This document shows positions 18,542 to 26,879 of a DNA stretch of 57,896 nucleotides, piece after piece. The translations under genes and the position numbers were made by a program. A model generated the notes under the pieces. That model was given only the letters and a program-made list of their open reading frames with translations. It was not told where the DNA came from and searched no databases. Numbering within the stretch: position 1 is the first letter of the stretch; every line of letters begins with the position of its first letter. The stretch lies in sequence record SRR31156797_7071, one strand, 5' to 3'.

Positions 18542-19881
18542 TTATCTTTTTCCAGTCCGAGTCGCTTCATTTTGCGCCACAGGGAAACACGGTCAATGCC
18601 GAGTATTTTTGCTGCCTGAGTCTTATTCCCGTTTGTAGCCAGCATGACCTTTTCAATATGATCGCGTTCAACTTCTTCAAGGGTTCGCAGTGGTTTGCTG
18701 CGGTCAATATTGCGGATTTCTTCGGGTAATAAATCCGGGGAGAATACAGTGCCCCGGGCCAGAGCCAATGCCCGCTGGGAAATATTTTCAAGTTCACGGA
18801 CGTTGCCGGGAAAGGAGTAGTTCATCAGGATGTCCAGTGTTTCCTGTGAAATTGTGTCGATGGACTGGGTTTTAGTTCGGTGTTTTTCCAGAAAATGACC
18901 GATCAGAACCGGAATATCTTCACGGTGTTCACGAAGAGGCGGCGCAGAGAGGGTGACTACGTTCAAACGGTAGAACAGATCCTGTCTGAAGGTTCCTTGT
19001 TCTACTTCCTCTTTCAAATTACAGTTGGTTGCGGATACGACCCGGATATTAACCGGGATTTCCTGAGTTCCGCCAACCCGTAGAAAATTTCTCTCCTGCA
19101 ATACCCGCAGAAGTTTGACTTGCATGTTCAGGGGCAGCTCGCTCATTTCATCGAAAAAGACCGTGCCGCCGTTGGCTACTTCCAGTATCCCTTTTTGTCC
19201 GCGCTGTGCTCCGGTAAAGGCTTCTCTCTCGTGTCCGAAAAGTTCCTTATCCATGAGTTCGGCTGTGAATGTACCGCAGTTGATAGCCATGAACCGTTCC
19301 TGTGAACGGGGGCTTAGCATATGAATGCCGCGGGCGATGAGTTCCTTGCCTGTTCCTGTTTCACCTTGAATGAGGACGTTACAGTCCATGTGCGCTAATT
19401 GTTCAATGGTCTTTTTCAGTTTGAGAATCTGGTCGCTTTGTCCCACTAAGGGGAAGTCCTGTTTTCCTTCCTCGAGAACCTGCCGCAAGCGTAAAACTTC
19501 TACGGAGAGAGCCTGCCGTTCAAGGGCGCTGTGGACTTGTGCGCGCAGTTCATCCAGATTGAGCGGTTTAGCAATGTAAGAGTGTGCGCCTTTTTGCATG
19601 GCGACAACAGCAGTATCGACTGTGGCATGTCCGGTGATGACTATTACTTGTGTTGCAGGCTGGATTTCTTTGATGTGGTCAAGCAGTTCGATACCATTAA
19701 TGCCCGGAAGCATAAGGTCGGTCAGCACCAGCTCAAATTCCTGTTTTCCGATTTTTTGCAGGGCTTCAGTGCCAGAACCCACCGCTGTAACGGCGTGACC
19801 TTCTGCGCTCATGACATGGGTAAGGTTATCCCTTGCAATGGCTTCGTCTTCAACAATGAGGATATTGGCGTGATTGATCAT
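18538..19881 (-). CDS. NtrC-family sigma-54 response regulator (REC-AAA-Fis HTH)
   Basis: ILIVEDE, LTDLMLPG, GETGTGKE, EAFTGA, FRQDLFYRL, GNKTQAAKILGI. Confidence 0.95.
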   Translation of the reverse strand: MINHANILIVEDEAIARDNLTHVMSAEGHAVTAVGSGTEALQKIGKQEFELVLTDLMLPGINGIELLDHIKEIQPATQVIVITGHATVDTAVVAMQKGAHSYIAKPLNLDELRAQVHSALERQALSVEVLRLRQVLEEGKQDFPLVGQSDQILKLKKTIEQLAHMDCNVLIQGETGTGKELIARGIHMLSPRSQERFMAINCGTFTAELMDKELFGHEREAFTGAQRGQKGILEVANGGTVFFDEMSELPLNMQVKLLRVLQERNFLRVGGTQEIPVNIRVVSATNCNLKEEVEQGTFRQDLFYRLNVVTLSAPPLREHREDIPVLIGHFLEKHRTKTQSIDTISQETLDILMNYSFPGNVRELENISQRALALARGTVFSPDLLPEEIRNIDRSKPLRTLEEVERDHIEKVMLATNGNKTQAAKILGIDRVSLWRKMKRLGLEKDN

Positions 19882-21293
19882 CTCTTGTGTTCCTTGTCGA
19901 GCGGCAGGGTAATATAAAAGCTGGTACCATCTCCCGGGTTGCTTTCTGTTCTGATGCTGCCCTGATGCTTTTCTATTATTCCGTAGACGATGTACAGTCC
20001 CAACCCGGTTCCCTGCCCGATTTCTTTGGTGGAAAAGAAGGGATCAAAGATGCGGTCCATAATTTCCGGGGACATGCCTTGTCCTGTGTCGTTGACCCTG
20101 ATGACGGTACTTTCTTTGTCCATAAAAGCGGTGACATTTATTGAACCGGGTTTGTCTTCAATGGCCTGCACGGCATTAATGAGCAGGTTGATGAAAGCTT
20201 CCTGTATTTTGTGGCGGTCAGCATGAATGACAATGTGTTCAGGAATTCCCATGGAAAGGGTGATGTTCGGTGGAACCTGACTGGATACGAGATCCATGGC
20301 AGATTTTATGACCCCTCCGAGTTCAACCGGTCCCGGCGTAAATTCGCTCTCCCGTGAGAACTCCAGTAGTCCTTTGACAATGTCCCGCGCGCGCAGGGTC
20401 TCCTGCATAATGTTATGCATCATCCTGTCTGCCAGATTGTCTTTACCTTTTTGGTTTTCCTCGAGTATCTGGCAAGAGGTGGAGATGTTGTTCAGGGGGT
20501 TGTTCAGCTGGTGCGCAATCCCTGAAGAGAGTGTGCCGATGGATGAAAGTTTCTGGGCCTGCACCAGCTGGCGCCGACGTTTGAGCAGCTGTTCGACCAT
20601 GGAATTCAAGGCGGCAAAGACCTGCTGGATTTCATCATGTGAATTCTTAATCGGCAGGGGGCTGAATGTCCCTTCCGATATTCTGCGGGTAGCTTCTTGA
20701 ACTTCGCGTAGCGGTTTGAGGATATTGGAGTTGAAAAACAGTACAAGGGCCATAATAACCCCGGCAATGCCGATCATGGACAGGGCTAGGTTGGAGCGCA
20801 GGTCGCGGTTAATGCTGAGGATATATTTACGTTCGAAGTTGGAGATGGTTTTGGAGAGAGTCACTATGGCTTGCCCGGTTTCACGAAGCTGATAGTTTAA
20901 GTCTTTATTTGTGCCTAACGGCTCTTTTGGGAGAGTTTCAAGTTGTAGCAACAGTTCACGGTATTGATTCAGGTTTGTTTTCAGCTTCTTGCCGCTTTGT
21001 ATTTTCTCAAGTTTGCTGAATTCTCCCATCAGTTCCTGTAAGAGATTGTCAGCCCGTTTAAGGTAGTCAAGGCCAAGGGTAAATAAGGCTGGGTCATGAT
21101 ATAGAAGATAGTTTTTTTCAATGCGGCGGACTTCAAGAATTAGATTGCTAAGGTCATCGCTGCGTTCAATCAGCAGAACTTCGTCTTCAAGCTGCAGGGT
21201 ATTTACATAGGAAAGTAAACCCAGACAGCCGAAGCAGATTGAAAAAATGATGATTCCGATGATGATTTTCTGGCGGATATTCAGCTTGAACAC
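19878..21293 (-). CDS. Membrane sensor histidine kinase (periplasmic domain, HAMP)
   Basis: Two TM segments; HAMP; H-box IAHQLNNPL; NLLINA; DTGQG; FDPFFSTK; GTGLGL. Confidence 0.95.
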   Translation of the reverse strand: MFKLNIRQKIIIGIIIFSICFGCLGLLSYVNTLQLEDEVLLIERSDDLSNLILEVRRIEKNYLLYHDPALFTLGLDYLKRADNLLQELMGEFSKLEKIQSGKKLKTNLNQYRELLLQLETLPKEPLGTNKDLNYQLRETGQAIVTLSKTISNFERKYILSINRDLRSNLALSMIGIAGVIMALVLFFNSNILKPLREVQEATRRISEGTFSPLPIKNSHDEIQQVFAALNSMVEQLLKRRRQLVQAQKLSSIGTLSSGIAHQLNNPLNNISTSCQILEENQKGKDNLADRMMHNIMQETLRARDIVKGLLEFSRESEFTPGPVELGGVIKSAMDLVSSQVPPNITLSMGIPEHIVIHADRHKIQEAFINLLINAVQAIEDKPGSINVTAFMDKESTVIRVNDTGQGMSPEIMDRIFDPFFSTKEIGQGTGLGLYIVYGIIEKHQGSIRTESNPGDGTSFYITLPLDKEHKR

Positions 21294-21405
21294 AGTAGTC
21301 CTCTTGTTTGTCAGGCATTTGCTGGCTCAGTATTTTTAATTTGTTGTGGTTGCCTAACTTACGACTACTGATTTGAAATGGCAATTGTGAGGGTTTGTTC
21401 TGATT

Positions 21406-21442
21406 TGCTTCTTGAGACCATTACACATGGTCTCAAGAAGCA
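21406..21442. terminator. 16-bp perfect inverted repeat downstream of the secreted phosphatase gene
   Basis: TGCTTCTTGAGACCAT-tacac-ATGGTCTCAAGAAGCA. Confidence 0.6.
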
Positions 21443-21469
21443 CTTAGGATTATTAGCAAATAGGTCGTG

Positions 21470-22834
21470 CTAATTTTGTCCTGCCCAGACGCAGGCATTT
21501 GGTTCTTTGTCCTTGCTCCAAGGATACAGGCAGGTTCCCTCCTGCTCCCCGGGGATGGTAGTTGTATCGGAGAAATCGCAGCTCAAGCTTGAATTCTGGC
21601 TACAATACCATTTAACTCCTTGAAAATAGCTTTTAACAGGGTTTTTGGGTGTGGTGCGTCCCAGCTTGCCATTAGTCGGGTCGGTGAAAATAGTTGTTCC
21701 GTATACATAGGCTGCATTAGTATTGTCCGACATCCTGTTCTTCAACAGGTAGGATATAGCCACTTCGCCAGTTCTATCCTCGCCCGCGCTGCAATGGAAA
21801 TACAGAACGTAAGGTACATTGTTTTTTTTGTTCATTATTGCGCTGATTTTATCAACCAATTCTGGGAGTTTACTGGAACTACCTCCACCATTTCCTTCTG
21901 TCAGCATCTGCCACCAGAGGAATTTGCCGGTGGAATTGGTTCCGGCAAGCGGGACGCTGCCCTTGTTTGGTTGGTAGGTCTGTGATGGGATATTCGAAGA
22001 GGTCCCGTTGAAATGAATGTACTCCGCTTTAAGCATAGGACCTTCACCCGTGTCGTTAATCAGGCTGATATCAATAAATACGTAGGAGTCCGGCAAAGAT
22101 TTGCCTAGTTGTGCCATGGATCTTGATTTTAAGGCAGCCAACACACCTTTCTGGTCAAATACCCATTTATTGTTTTTCATTACAGTAGGATGTGGGCCTC
22201 TGAATAAAAAGTTACCGTTTTTATAGTCCAAAAGGTATGCATGTCCATAGCTGGCTATTGCCGGGTTGCCTTCAACGCAACCTGAGTTAATCATTACGTA
22301 GCCGGACTGGGTATCTTTTTGGCTCGGAGTGGATAAATGCGCACATCCTGTGCAATTTTCTGAAGTGGATCTTACGGAACAGTCTTGGGCGTAGTCCCAG
22401 CCTTTGTTTCCGCCGACAATTTTGATCATGCAGGTGTAGGGTGATCCGGGAAATGATTGGTTAAGGGTGTTTACCTTCCAGATCGTACCATTTTGCATAT
22501 GAATGAACTTAGGGCCTGTCTGCACAGAATAAGTGGGGCCGAAGGTTCTGTCCGCTTTCACCAGACTGAATGATGTCGTCATGTTGTCGTAAAAAGTTTT
22601 ATTAGCGACCTTTGATACTGTTTTGCAGTTTTGTGCAGGTGAGACAAAGAAATTTACACAGTCTGTTGAATTGCCGACGCATTTTCCCTCAATTGAGCTG
22701 GTGCTTTTTAAGGCAGGTGATATCTCTTCTACTGCTTGGGAAAAAGAGGGTCCTGCTGCCATGAGAATAAGGGCAATAAATAAGCAGATGCCTAATAATG
22801 AAGGTAAAGAACTTTTTACTTTCCCGGCGTGCAT
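21470..22834 (-). CDS. Secreted cysteine-dependent (CX5R, PTP/DSP-like) phosphatase with Cys-rich N-terminal domain
   Basis: Sec-type signal peptide ending near SQA; P-loop YFHCSAGEDRTG; many paired cysteines; GGAG RBS. Confidence 0.82.
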   Translation of the reverse strand: MHAGKVKSSLPSLLGICLFIALILMAAGPSFSQAVEEISPALKSTSSIEGKCVGNSTDCVNFFVSPAQNCKTVSKVANKTFYDNMTTSFSLVKADRTFGPTYSVQTGPKFIHMQNGTIWKVNTLNQSFPGSPYTCMIKIVGGNKGWDYAQDCSVRSTSENCTGCAHLSTPSQKDTQSGYVMINSGCVEGNPAIASYGHAYLLDYKNGNFLFRGPHPTVMKNNKWVFDQKGVLAALKSRSMAQLGKSLPDSYVFIDISLINDTGEGPMLKAEYIHFNGTSSNIPSQTYQPNKGSVPLAGTNSTGKFLWWQMLTEGNGGGSSSKLPELVDKISAIMNKKNNVPYVLYFHCSAGEDRTGEVAISYLLKNRMSDNTNAAYVYGTTIFTDPTNGKLGRTTPKNPVKSYFQGVKWYCSQNSSLSCDFSDTTTIPGEQEGTCLYPWSKDKEPNACVWAGQN

Positions 22835-22869
22835 AGAAACTCCTTATCCTTAAAACGTTTACTAAACTG

Positions 22870-22913
22870 AGAGTGGTTGATGAATGTTTTGTGCCGCATT
22901 CATCAACCACTCT
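22870..22913. terminator. 17-bp perfect inverted repeat between the two secreted-protein genes
   Basis: AGAGTGGTTGATGAATG-ttttgtgccg-CATTCATCAACCACTCT. Confidence 0.6.
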
Positions 22914-22921
22914 GTTTGGAG

Positions 22922-24868
22922 CTATTGGGTTTTATTTGGTGTTTTTACCTGTTTCGTATTCGCTGGAGTCTTCCCTGTCTGCTGGCAATATTGCGAATTG
23001 TTTTTCGTGCATACATCATAGGGGACGCCTTGTCCCTTGGGGACTGGTTTGCAGTAGTTAAGTTGGGCAGTGGTAGCCACTCCTGTCTTGGCATTTAGTT
23101 TTTTTACCTCTTCCGGCTGGCAACTGTAGTCGAAGTTATCCTTCATACAGGCGAGGAGTGTGGAGTAGGATCCGTTATTTGCATCCGGCCGGCATTTGTT
23201 GTCGGCGAAAGCCCATTTTTGCTGCTTGTACGGCTGCTGCTCAGGAGGACCGGGGCAGAGGGTCACTTTTATAGTTGCTCCTGCCTTTTGGCAGATAGCG
23301 GTAGAAGCGTCATCGTTGAACTGCCATGCATAGGCGTCCGAACCTACAGCCTTTAAGTATTTCACGTAGTTGGTATAAGGTTTGCCTTTACCATTTGAGA
23401 GGGAAACCATGTCATATACTCCGGGAGTACCGAGGGGACCGACCGCACATTGCGGGCCGCCGCAACCGGGAGTGAGACAGGTTTCCGGGTCCTTGTCGGC
23501 ACCCTTGGCTTTCATGACGTTACAGGCATACCAGTCTGAAATGTTGGGCGGGTCTGTGGTTATCCCGGCACTTGCTGCAGTTGTGTCGGTATTTTTGTAT
23601 GGATCCTGACCTCCGGGAGGTTCAAGCCATTGTTCAGGGGCCATGCAGCCTGCCCGTCCTCTACTCTTAACATTTGAAACCTCAAGGCCGATGCCGGCAT
23701 CAAGTTGTTTGTTCGTGTACAGGGGGGAGTTACCTGCGATGGTTGTCTGGTCTTCCTTGGGGCAGTCGTAGAGGTCTGCCACTGCGGACATTTCCGTGAA
23801 GTTACAATCGTTCCCGTTGTCTGTGATTTCCATGGACATGGGAACGTTGAACCCTGAAACCATACTCAGGTCAAAGTAGTCTGTCGCACCCATGCATGTG
23901 CCGTCTGAGGGGTTTACGGTACATTTATTACTGTCTTCTCCAGTGTATGTGCAGCCTGCTGAATATTCAAACACGGTTCCCACGCCTGAACTTGCATGTC
24001 CCGGCAAACCGCCGATCACACAATTACCGGGCCAGTCAACGCCGGACGGGGGTTGTTCGCAGCCAAGCAATACTCCGAAGTTGGCTGAGGCAATTCCGCC
24101 GTCAGGCACCGAGATATCCATGCTTTCACCAAAAGTGATTTTCTTGCGGAACAACAGGGCTGAGGTCCTGTTCTGGGGATTGGCATACATTTTATCCATT
24201 TCGGCCAGTTCTGCTGTCTTATTCCAGAGCTTGGCATTGTAGAAGTGCTGCTTATCTGCTGCAGTAGGGGGAGTGAGCACGATATAGGCGTCATCCATGC
24301 AGTTGTTATGAATGGTGATGCGTTTTTGCCAAGTGGTTGTTTCGGTGTTGTCGCCGCATTTGCCTCCCGATGGTGCCGGATTGGGAGGTGTATATTTGTT
24401 CATCTGGCACCCCGGACTGAGATTCGTTCCGGGGTCGGGGAAAAGCATGGCAGCCTCGCAACCGGGATTGAGCGAAGTCTTGTTGCATCCGTGTGCAAAC
24501 TTCCAGCCGGAGGGGGTTATTTCGATATAGGTGCTGAGCTTTTGGTTGAAGTGGTCATTTTCTATATCCACTTTCCAGACGCCATGCTTCATATATTTTG
24601 TGACTGCCCCTGCATTAGGATTTTTATTATCCACGGAAAACACTTTCTGGGTGGAATTGCCGTTCATAGCGGAATAGGTGACTGTGCTGATCCAGTTTTG
24701 TGTGCCGCATGGGCCAAGGGCCATGGTAATTCCCGTGCAACTGCTGTCCCCGGAGTCATCGCAAAGATACTGGTTGCTGTCGGCCCAAGCTGTATTAGCA
24801 ATGCAGCAAAGGATAAAAAAACAGGTGGTTATGATGATACTATTTGTTTTAGTCCCGTTATTTTTCAT
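22922..24868 (-). CDS. Secreted thaumatin-like (PR-5/GH152-like) protein with Cys-rich N- and C-terminal domains
   Basis: Signal peptide ending AWA|D (start probably ATG 24868). Thaumatin hallmarks: RITIHNNC, TVFEYS, DYFDLSMVSGFNVPMSM, YVKYLK...DAYAWQFNDD, IKVTLCP. Confidence 0.82.
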   Translation of the reverse strand: MKNNGTKTNSIIITTCFFILCCIANTAWADSNQYLCDDSGDSSCTGITMALGPCGTQNWISTVTYSAMNGNSTQKVFSVDNKNPNAGAVTKYMKHGVWKVDIENDHFNQKLSTYIEITPSGWKFAHGCNKTSLNPGCEAAMLFPDPGTNLSPGCQMNKYTPPNPAPSGGKCGDNTETTTWQKRITIHNNCMDDAYIVLTPPTAADKQHFYNAKLWNKTAELAEMDKMYANPQNRTSALLFRKKITFGESMDISVPDGGIASANFGVLLGCEQPPSGVDWPGNCVIGGLPGHASSGVGTVFEYSAGCTYTGEDSNKCTVNPSDGTCMGATDYFDLSMVSGFNVPMSMEITDNGNDCNFTEMSAVADLYDCPKEDQTTIAGNSPLYTNKQLDAGIGLEVSNVKSRGRAGCMAPEQWLEPPGGQDPYKNTDTTAASAGITTDPPNISDWYACNVMKAKGADKDPETCLTPGCGGPQCAVGPLGTPGVYDMVSLSNGKGKPYTNYVKYLKAVGSDAYAWQFNDDASTAICQKAGATIKVTLCPGPPEQQPYKQQKWAFADNKCRPDANNGSYSTLLACMKDNFDYSCQPEEVKKLNAKTGVATTAQLNYCKPVPKGQGVPYDVCTKNNSQYCQQTGKTPANTKQVKTPNKTQ

Positions 24869-25095
24869 GCGGCCCCCCTGATCTGGATTGTGATAAAGCT
24901 GAAAAGACACAACACTACTATAAAACTATAGCAACTTGTTTGTGTCAAGTGGCAGAAAATATTTTGTCTGGTTCTACTGCATGCTTCAGGGTGGGGCGAT
25001 CTTGTAATTGTGAAAAGTAATCCATTAATTTTAGATGTCCGTGGACAAAAAATGTTTAATCTCCTATATCTATACTAAGAGTCTCAAAATGGGAG

Positions 25096-25491
25096 GTGGC
25101 AGTGAATTGTATACGTGGACTTAAATTTTACTTTCTTGGTTCAATGCAGAAGCTCGGATTATTTGCTGTTATTTCGGTATGTTTAGCGGCAGGTCCGTGT
25201 TTGGCTCAATCCTCCGACACTTCATCCGGCAGTGCTGGGAATGTCAGCGAGCTACTTGCTCCTTTGCAGGCCTTGCATGACGACCTTGCCAGAATAGAGG
25301 CTAAGCTGGATGCCTTTGCCAACGCCAAGTGGGAATATAAGATTCTGGTCCCAAATGTTCTGGAGAAATCAGGATTTGACCCATATAAACCCAACCTCGC
25401 TCCATTGGGGAAACAGGGCTGGGAACTTGTCACCTATTCGCCTGATGTCGGGTATATCCTGAAACGTAGAGTTGCTCCTGTTTCTAAATAA
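25096..25491 (+). CDS. Small exported protein, coiled coil plus DUF4177-like motif
   Basis: Hydrophobic signal ending CLA|Q; heptad LQALHDDLARIEAKLD; KWEYKIL...LGKQGWELVT. Exact start uncertain (GTG 25102 has a GGAGG RBS). Confidence 0.65.
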   Translation: MAVNCIRGLKFYFLGSMQKLGLFAVISVCLAAGPCLAQSSDTSSGSAGNVSELLAPLQALHDDLARIEAKLDAFANAKWEYKILVPNVLEKSGFDPYKPNLAPLGKQGWELVTYSPDVGYILKRRVAPVSK

Positions 25492-25505
25492 ACCGGGGAG
25501 CGCAG

Positions 25506-25994
25506 ATGGATTTTCAGCCTCAAAAGAATCTTAAGCATAAACCTGTTCGAAACGGGTTTACACTGCTGGAACTCATTGTGGTCATGGTCATCATGTCCAT
25601 TGTCATGGCTGTTCTCCTGCCGCGTCTCAGTGAACAACTTTTGGGCAATTCTCTGCGTGCCGCTGTTTCCGATCTTGGGGCCATTGCAACTTCGGCTCGA
25701 TTCAGGGCTGCTGATACAGGCAAGCAGCATGTTTTGGTCATTAATCAGGAAACAAGAGACCTGAAGCTTTTAAGCGGAGACAAGGGGGAGATTCTGACCC
25801 TGACCTCACTGCCTGCAAAGGTGGTTGTGGAAGATATGGAACTTTTGGGGAAATCTGTTTCAGGCCATGAAATGCGTATTACCTTTTATCCTCGGGGAAC
25901 AGCTACTCCTGCCCGTCTCAAGCTGGTTTCCGAGAAGCAGGAAAGCCTGCAATTGATTGTCGCCGGAGCTGATGGGGGCGTGTATGTGCGCTAA
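25506..25994 (+). CDS. gspH: T2SS minor pseudopilin GspH/FimT-like
   Basis: Prepilin cleavage motif G|FTLLE; ITFYPRGTATP. Confidence 0.85.
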   Translation: MDFQPQKNLKHKPVRNGFTLLELIVVMVIMSIVMAVLLPRLSEQLLGNSLRAAVSDLGAIATSARFRAADTGKQHVLVINQETRDLKLLSGDKGEILTLTSLPAKVVVEDMELLGKSVSGHEMRITFYPRGTATPARLKLVSEKQESLQLIVAGADGGVYVR

Positions 25995-26400
25995 ATCCTG
26001 CGACTGCGGTTTTACCTTGCTGGAGGTCATGGTTGCCATGGCTATCCTGTCCATCGGGCTGGTCGCAGTGGCTGGTGTTTATTCACAGGCCACCGCTTCC
26101 CTGTCGCAGGTGGAGGGGTATGAACGGGCCGGCATGGAAGCTGAAATGCGGCTGGCCTCTTTTCTTAATCAGGGAAATATCAAACCGGGAACCACTTCCG
26201 GGAAATGCGAAACCCTGCCGCATGGAAGATGGAAGATCGTAAGCAAAAAAGAGAGTGATTATTCCGGTGTGAGTCGGATTAAGATTACGGTACTTTTTTT
26301 CACTGAAGGTAGGGAACATGAATATGTTCTGGAGACTGCACAGGTTGAACAGATCCTGCCTGCGCAAAGCAAAACCCAGACAAAGGATAAGAAAAAATGA
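25984..26400 (+). CDS. gspI: T2SS minor pseudopilin GspI
   Basis: G|FTLLEVMVAMAIL; size and position; probable start ATG 25984. Confidence 0.82.
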   Translation: MCAKSCDCGFTLLEVMVAMAILSIGLVAVAGVYSQATASLSQVEGYERAGMEAEMRLASFLNQGNIKPGTTSGKCETLPHGRWKIVSKKESDYSGVSRIKITVLFFTEGREHEYVLETAQVEQILPAQSKTQTKDKKK

Positions 26401-26879
26401 GACCAGCTCTACGTTTGCAAATGTGCTTTTCCCGAATCCTGCTCTTTATCCTTTTGGGTGGGATTCTGGTCGGGTGTCAGCTCAAGTCTGACCCTATTGA
26501 TATCGGTTACCAGCCCATGGCCCGGCCTCTGATCGGACTTAAACTGAAGGTTGTCCAGAAGGAGATGCACGTTATCGAAGAGGAAGGGAAGGAGGAGTCC
26601 AACGAGGATCAGGATCGTGCCCTGCTGGTAATGGATTGTAAATCGGGTAGTCCGGCTCAAAAAAGTGGTGTTCTGCCCGGAGATATTCTTTTGGAAATTG
26701 ATGGTGTCCCGGTGCAGGGGATGCGGGATTCAACCTTCATCATGCAACGCAAGCGTCCGGGCGATAATGTTGCTTTGACCCTTTTCAGAAACGGTAAGGT
26801 TGTAAAATTGGGAATCTATCTGCCTATTGACGTCCCGGTCACCAAGGCGGTCAACACTACAAGCGGGGAGGCTTCTTGA
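26397..26879 (+). CDS. PDZ-domain lipoprotein embedded in the T2SS operon
   Basis: Lipobox LVG|C; SGSPAQKSGVLPGDILLEIDG...RPGDNVALTLFRNG PDZ signature; overlaps both neighbouring genes. Confidence 0.8.
   Translation: MRPALRLQMCFSRILLFILLGGILVGCQLKSDPIDIGYQPMARPLIGLKLKVVQKEMHVIEEEGKEESNEDQDRALLVMDCKSGSPAQKSGVLPGDILLEIDGVPVQGMRDSTFIMQRKRPGDNVALTLFRNGKVVKLGIYLPIDVPVTKAVNTTSGEAS

Noticed and set aside
21406-22913. Hairpins after the cargo genes as integron attC sites or IS ends
   Set aside because: No RYYYAAC/GTTRRRY boxes or extrahelical bases, the two hairpins are unrelated, and the window has no integrase or transposase.
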